Part shown: in pieces, positions 63,001 to 64,000 of the stretch
Numbering within the stretch: the first letter of the stretch is position 1
How the letters are laid out: each line of letters starts with the position of its first letter
Source of the DNA: Peribolospora baueri
Taxonomy: Eukaryota
NCBI GenBank assembly: GCA_029717555.1
Contig: JAMDHS010000062.1
Location: 62,001 to 126,000 of the forward strand
DNA length: 64,000 bases
Direction of reading: 5' to 3'
The notes under the pieces: generated by a model
Told to the model about the DNA's origin: nothing
What the model saw: the letters and a program-made list of their open reading frames with translations, nothing else
Database searches by the model: none
Program-made: the position numbers and the translations under genes

Positions 63001-64000
63001 CCTGTCAGCAAGAATGCAAAATCATCCGTCGGGAGGTCCCCTTTGACCGGTGGTAGGCTGGCCACGAACACGGAGGCGGACGGGAGGATGCCGTCGGTGT
63101 TTAGCGACGCACTCGGAGGGACGCTCGCCGAGCGCATCGACACGGCCAACAGGCTGTTGGAGGATCAGGTAAAACGGCGAGAGGAGGAGAAGGAGAGGGA
63201 GCGCATCCGCGCCTGCCTCTTCGCCGAGGCCAGTGAGGCAGTCCCGCCGGACGGCTTCGACCAGCTGCCCCTCACGCCCGCGACCGCCGGGCCCGTATTT
63301 GCCCACTTCTTCAACCAGCCCCGCATGGAACGGACCGACACCACCCAGGTCTGCCCGCCCTCCGTCGCCGCGGTCAAGTCCGTGTCCCTCGGGGACGATG
63401 TGGAGAGCGAAAGAGACGCCGCCACAGACGAGCCACTCGTCGTGCGCGGCTCGGACGTGACGCGGGCGAGGATAGCGCCGCCGCCGGTGAACCCGATCAC
63501 CGCGTTTATCAACGCGCCCGTTGCCGGCCGCCGCTGCCGGCCCTTCCCGACGCCCAAGACGCCGCGTGCTCGGGAGTCGTTCAATCTCACCCACGACGTC
63601 CGGCAGGGCGACGCGTTCGCGATCGACGTCAGGATCGAGCATGAGGACGACGAGGCGCACTTCAAAGGTGCCGATTTTGTAAACTTTGACGTGGCCGGCT
63701 CGGATTTTGACGCCGACGAGGACGACGAGGCTCCGCCTATCGGCATCAAGCGACCCGCTCGGAGCAGCTCCGGCTCGGCCGGACCATCGAAACGGTGCCG
63801 GACCGGTAGCAGTCTCGCTTGGCCCTCCGCTTCGAGTCGCGTCCCGTCCTCTCAGCTTTGCATCTCGGCCGGTCGGATCGGGACCACGGGTGTGTCGCCT
63901 CTTCCGGGGTCGAAAGAGAGGGGCCCGCGTCAGAAGGCGGGGGCGAAGAAGTACAATATTGTCTCCGAGCGCGTCGTCAAGTTGCCCCTCGTCCAACCGT
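60049..64000 (+). CDS. frq: FREQUENCY (FRQ)-like protein, divergent; 3' truncated by window end
   Basis: Manual translation gives a stop-free frame of 1317 codons from ATG 60049. Collinear FRQ-type blocks: NDFIDLVDELTVKNRQLKNRI, LFELRY..MQPDDRRELEDVL, FFKPY, RRRR...PVVFYEGGRFCTDLSKD, VRQGDAFAIDVRI, YNIVSERVVKLP. The rest is low-complexity or disordered. Confidence 0.75.
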   Translation, partial: MEPLSGPVRPRAGGQHRQQQLCGTPGPTEEQRAPDHSSPPSRTRRLSPSGTSGSSSSAAHKKQKHPFPTPRLPPHPDRAILSPPDFTPRQRADRFPVPPPPVYPLDPFRNDSGGAGGDDGEAPIAWRAQPFPLLRPGRPSWPGVHPESHRALYHLSTFFSSHQQHQRSQSSNADVDVDFSSNGDNPRNAQLRSRSPTRSNGLSSASLAPSQSASQFAQKVADRDGDRDQGRESVDERNADRGPSVPYTGRAPFRRLLPSGSSSQLSSFRTSPLGRGAEGAEAEAGGEGGAGVGAGDSYSHGERGRVATTVDSRDDDDDDDDDKDSRLNDFIDLVDELTVKNRQLKNRIRALNVPADARPDPSPYPLSSPSHSPALSCKAVSVSSGGSAGAGPHRRAFPVNTSRDEVRMSDACPALFELRYHPSMQPDDRRELEDVLTGWIKTRADKRNGRVQESFGALAEVPQRNLVCQREPFVHAAEKEQRQRPQQQRQYLQGQGRLHQSQTTDNRQVDVPYSADRGLDVQRIFAPADSNVSSAQGLSFGLFSGLGLDGQVCLGSGSSVLESNANSNFNANTTSTGAATTATASSGMVSTSAAVSLLFESPPPPPNYRHVPPSSAATRMDARRPLSAAFDSDPDVVTTVTPLATVVTPNDGSSGSGNSAKRQGADGVSLGREKGTIAKALEMEREKKAEKGKVANVDEAVQLEVKRREGDDDIAVERGFTSFHTDGPSVAVKDPPAHPFFKPYQCSIFIPPPTFPPSLNASDSLSSSESSPKSSELSSCSVERSGGSIGKERGTTSTSKKASLSGRWRRGRKGKRRRRASVHASNAEAPVVFYEGGRFCTDLSKDILCPVVESLPAEGMAATAAAFDPPQSAEELDHHILGAAAAPATLRNGRKESGFFVRLHDRRLAFETGGDGEAVGMPLDAGEEERFPSTDVEDASHAILATPPPPPEMAETDSAKSSSSKRFNTRKEMGKSKSRSSADMPVSKNAKSSVGRSPLTGGRLATNTEADGRMPSVFSDALGGTLAERIDTANRLLEDQVKRREEEKERERIRACLFAEASEAVPPDGFDQLPLTPATAGPVFAHFFNQPRMERTDTTQVCPPSVAAVKSVSLGDDVESERDAATDEPLVVRGSDVTRARIAPPPVNPITAFINAPVAGRRCRPFPTPKTPRARESFNLTHDVRQGDAFAIDVRIEHEDDEAHFKGADFVNFDVAGSDFDADEDDEAPPIGIKRPARSSSGSAGPSKRCRTGSSLAWPSASSRVPSSQLCISAGRIGTTGVSPLPGSKERGPRQKAGAKKYNIVSERVVKLPLVQP

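Noticed and set aside
63022..63996. 324-aa antisense ORF over the frq-like gene (tempting as a qrf-like antisense)
   Set aside because: It is the codon-aligned shadow of a GC3-rich CDS. Antisense transcription cannot be inferred from sequence, and qrf is non-coding.

Overview
Gene-dense, intron-rich, GC-rich fungal genomic DNA. It is a basidiomycete, probably Ustilaginomycotina or Pucciniomycotina (inferred from GTGAGT/GTGCGT donors, CTRAC branch sites, ~60-190 nt introns and gene content). About 25 protein-coding genes can be rebuilt by manual splicing. Most are housekeeping genes, often in tight head-to-head pairs: septin Cdc3, uL6m, Pho85, Utp5, Pth2, polyubiquitin, Lsc2, CENP-L/Fta1, Mrt4, Lia1, Vtc1, Ard1, WDR83, a lactonase, Gly1, Mpe1, Rad14, Ups2-like, Ayr1-like SDR, Afg2 and a siderophore MFS transporter. 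A small accessory island (~9-13 kb) holds an orphan zinc-ribbon gene, a retrotransposon protease relic and a 55-bp inverted-repeat element. The main result is a >1317-codon uninterrupted ORF (60049 to the window end) that the supplied ORF track omits. It carries several collinear motifs of the circadian clock protein FREQUENCY (FRQ) but apparently lacks the CK1-docking segments, and it sits behind a cluster of six GATCGA/TCGATC elements resembling White Collar sites. Family calls rest on recalled motifs; no database search was run.
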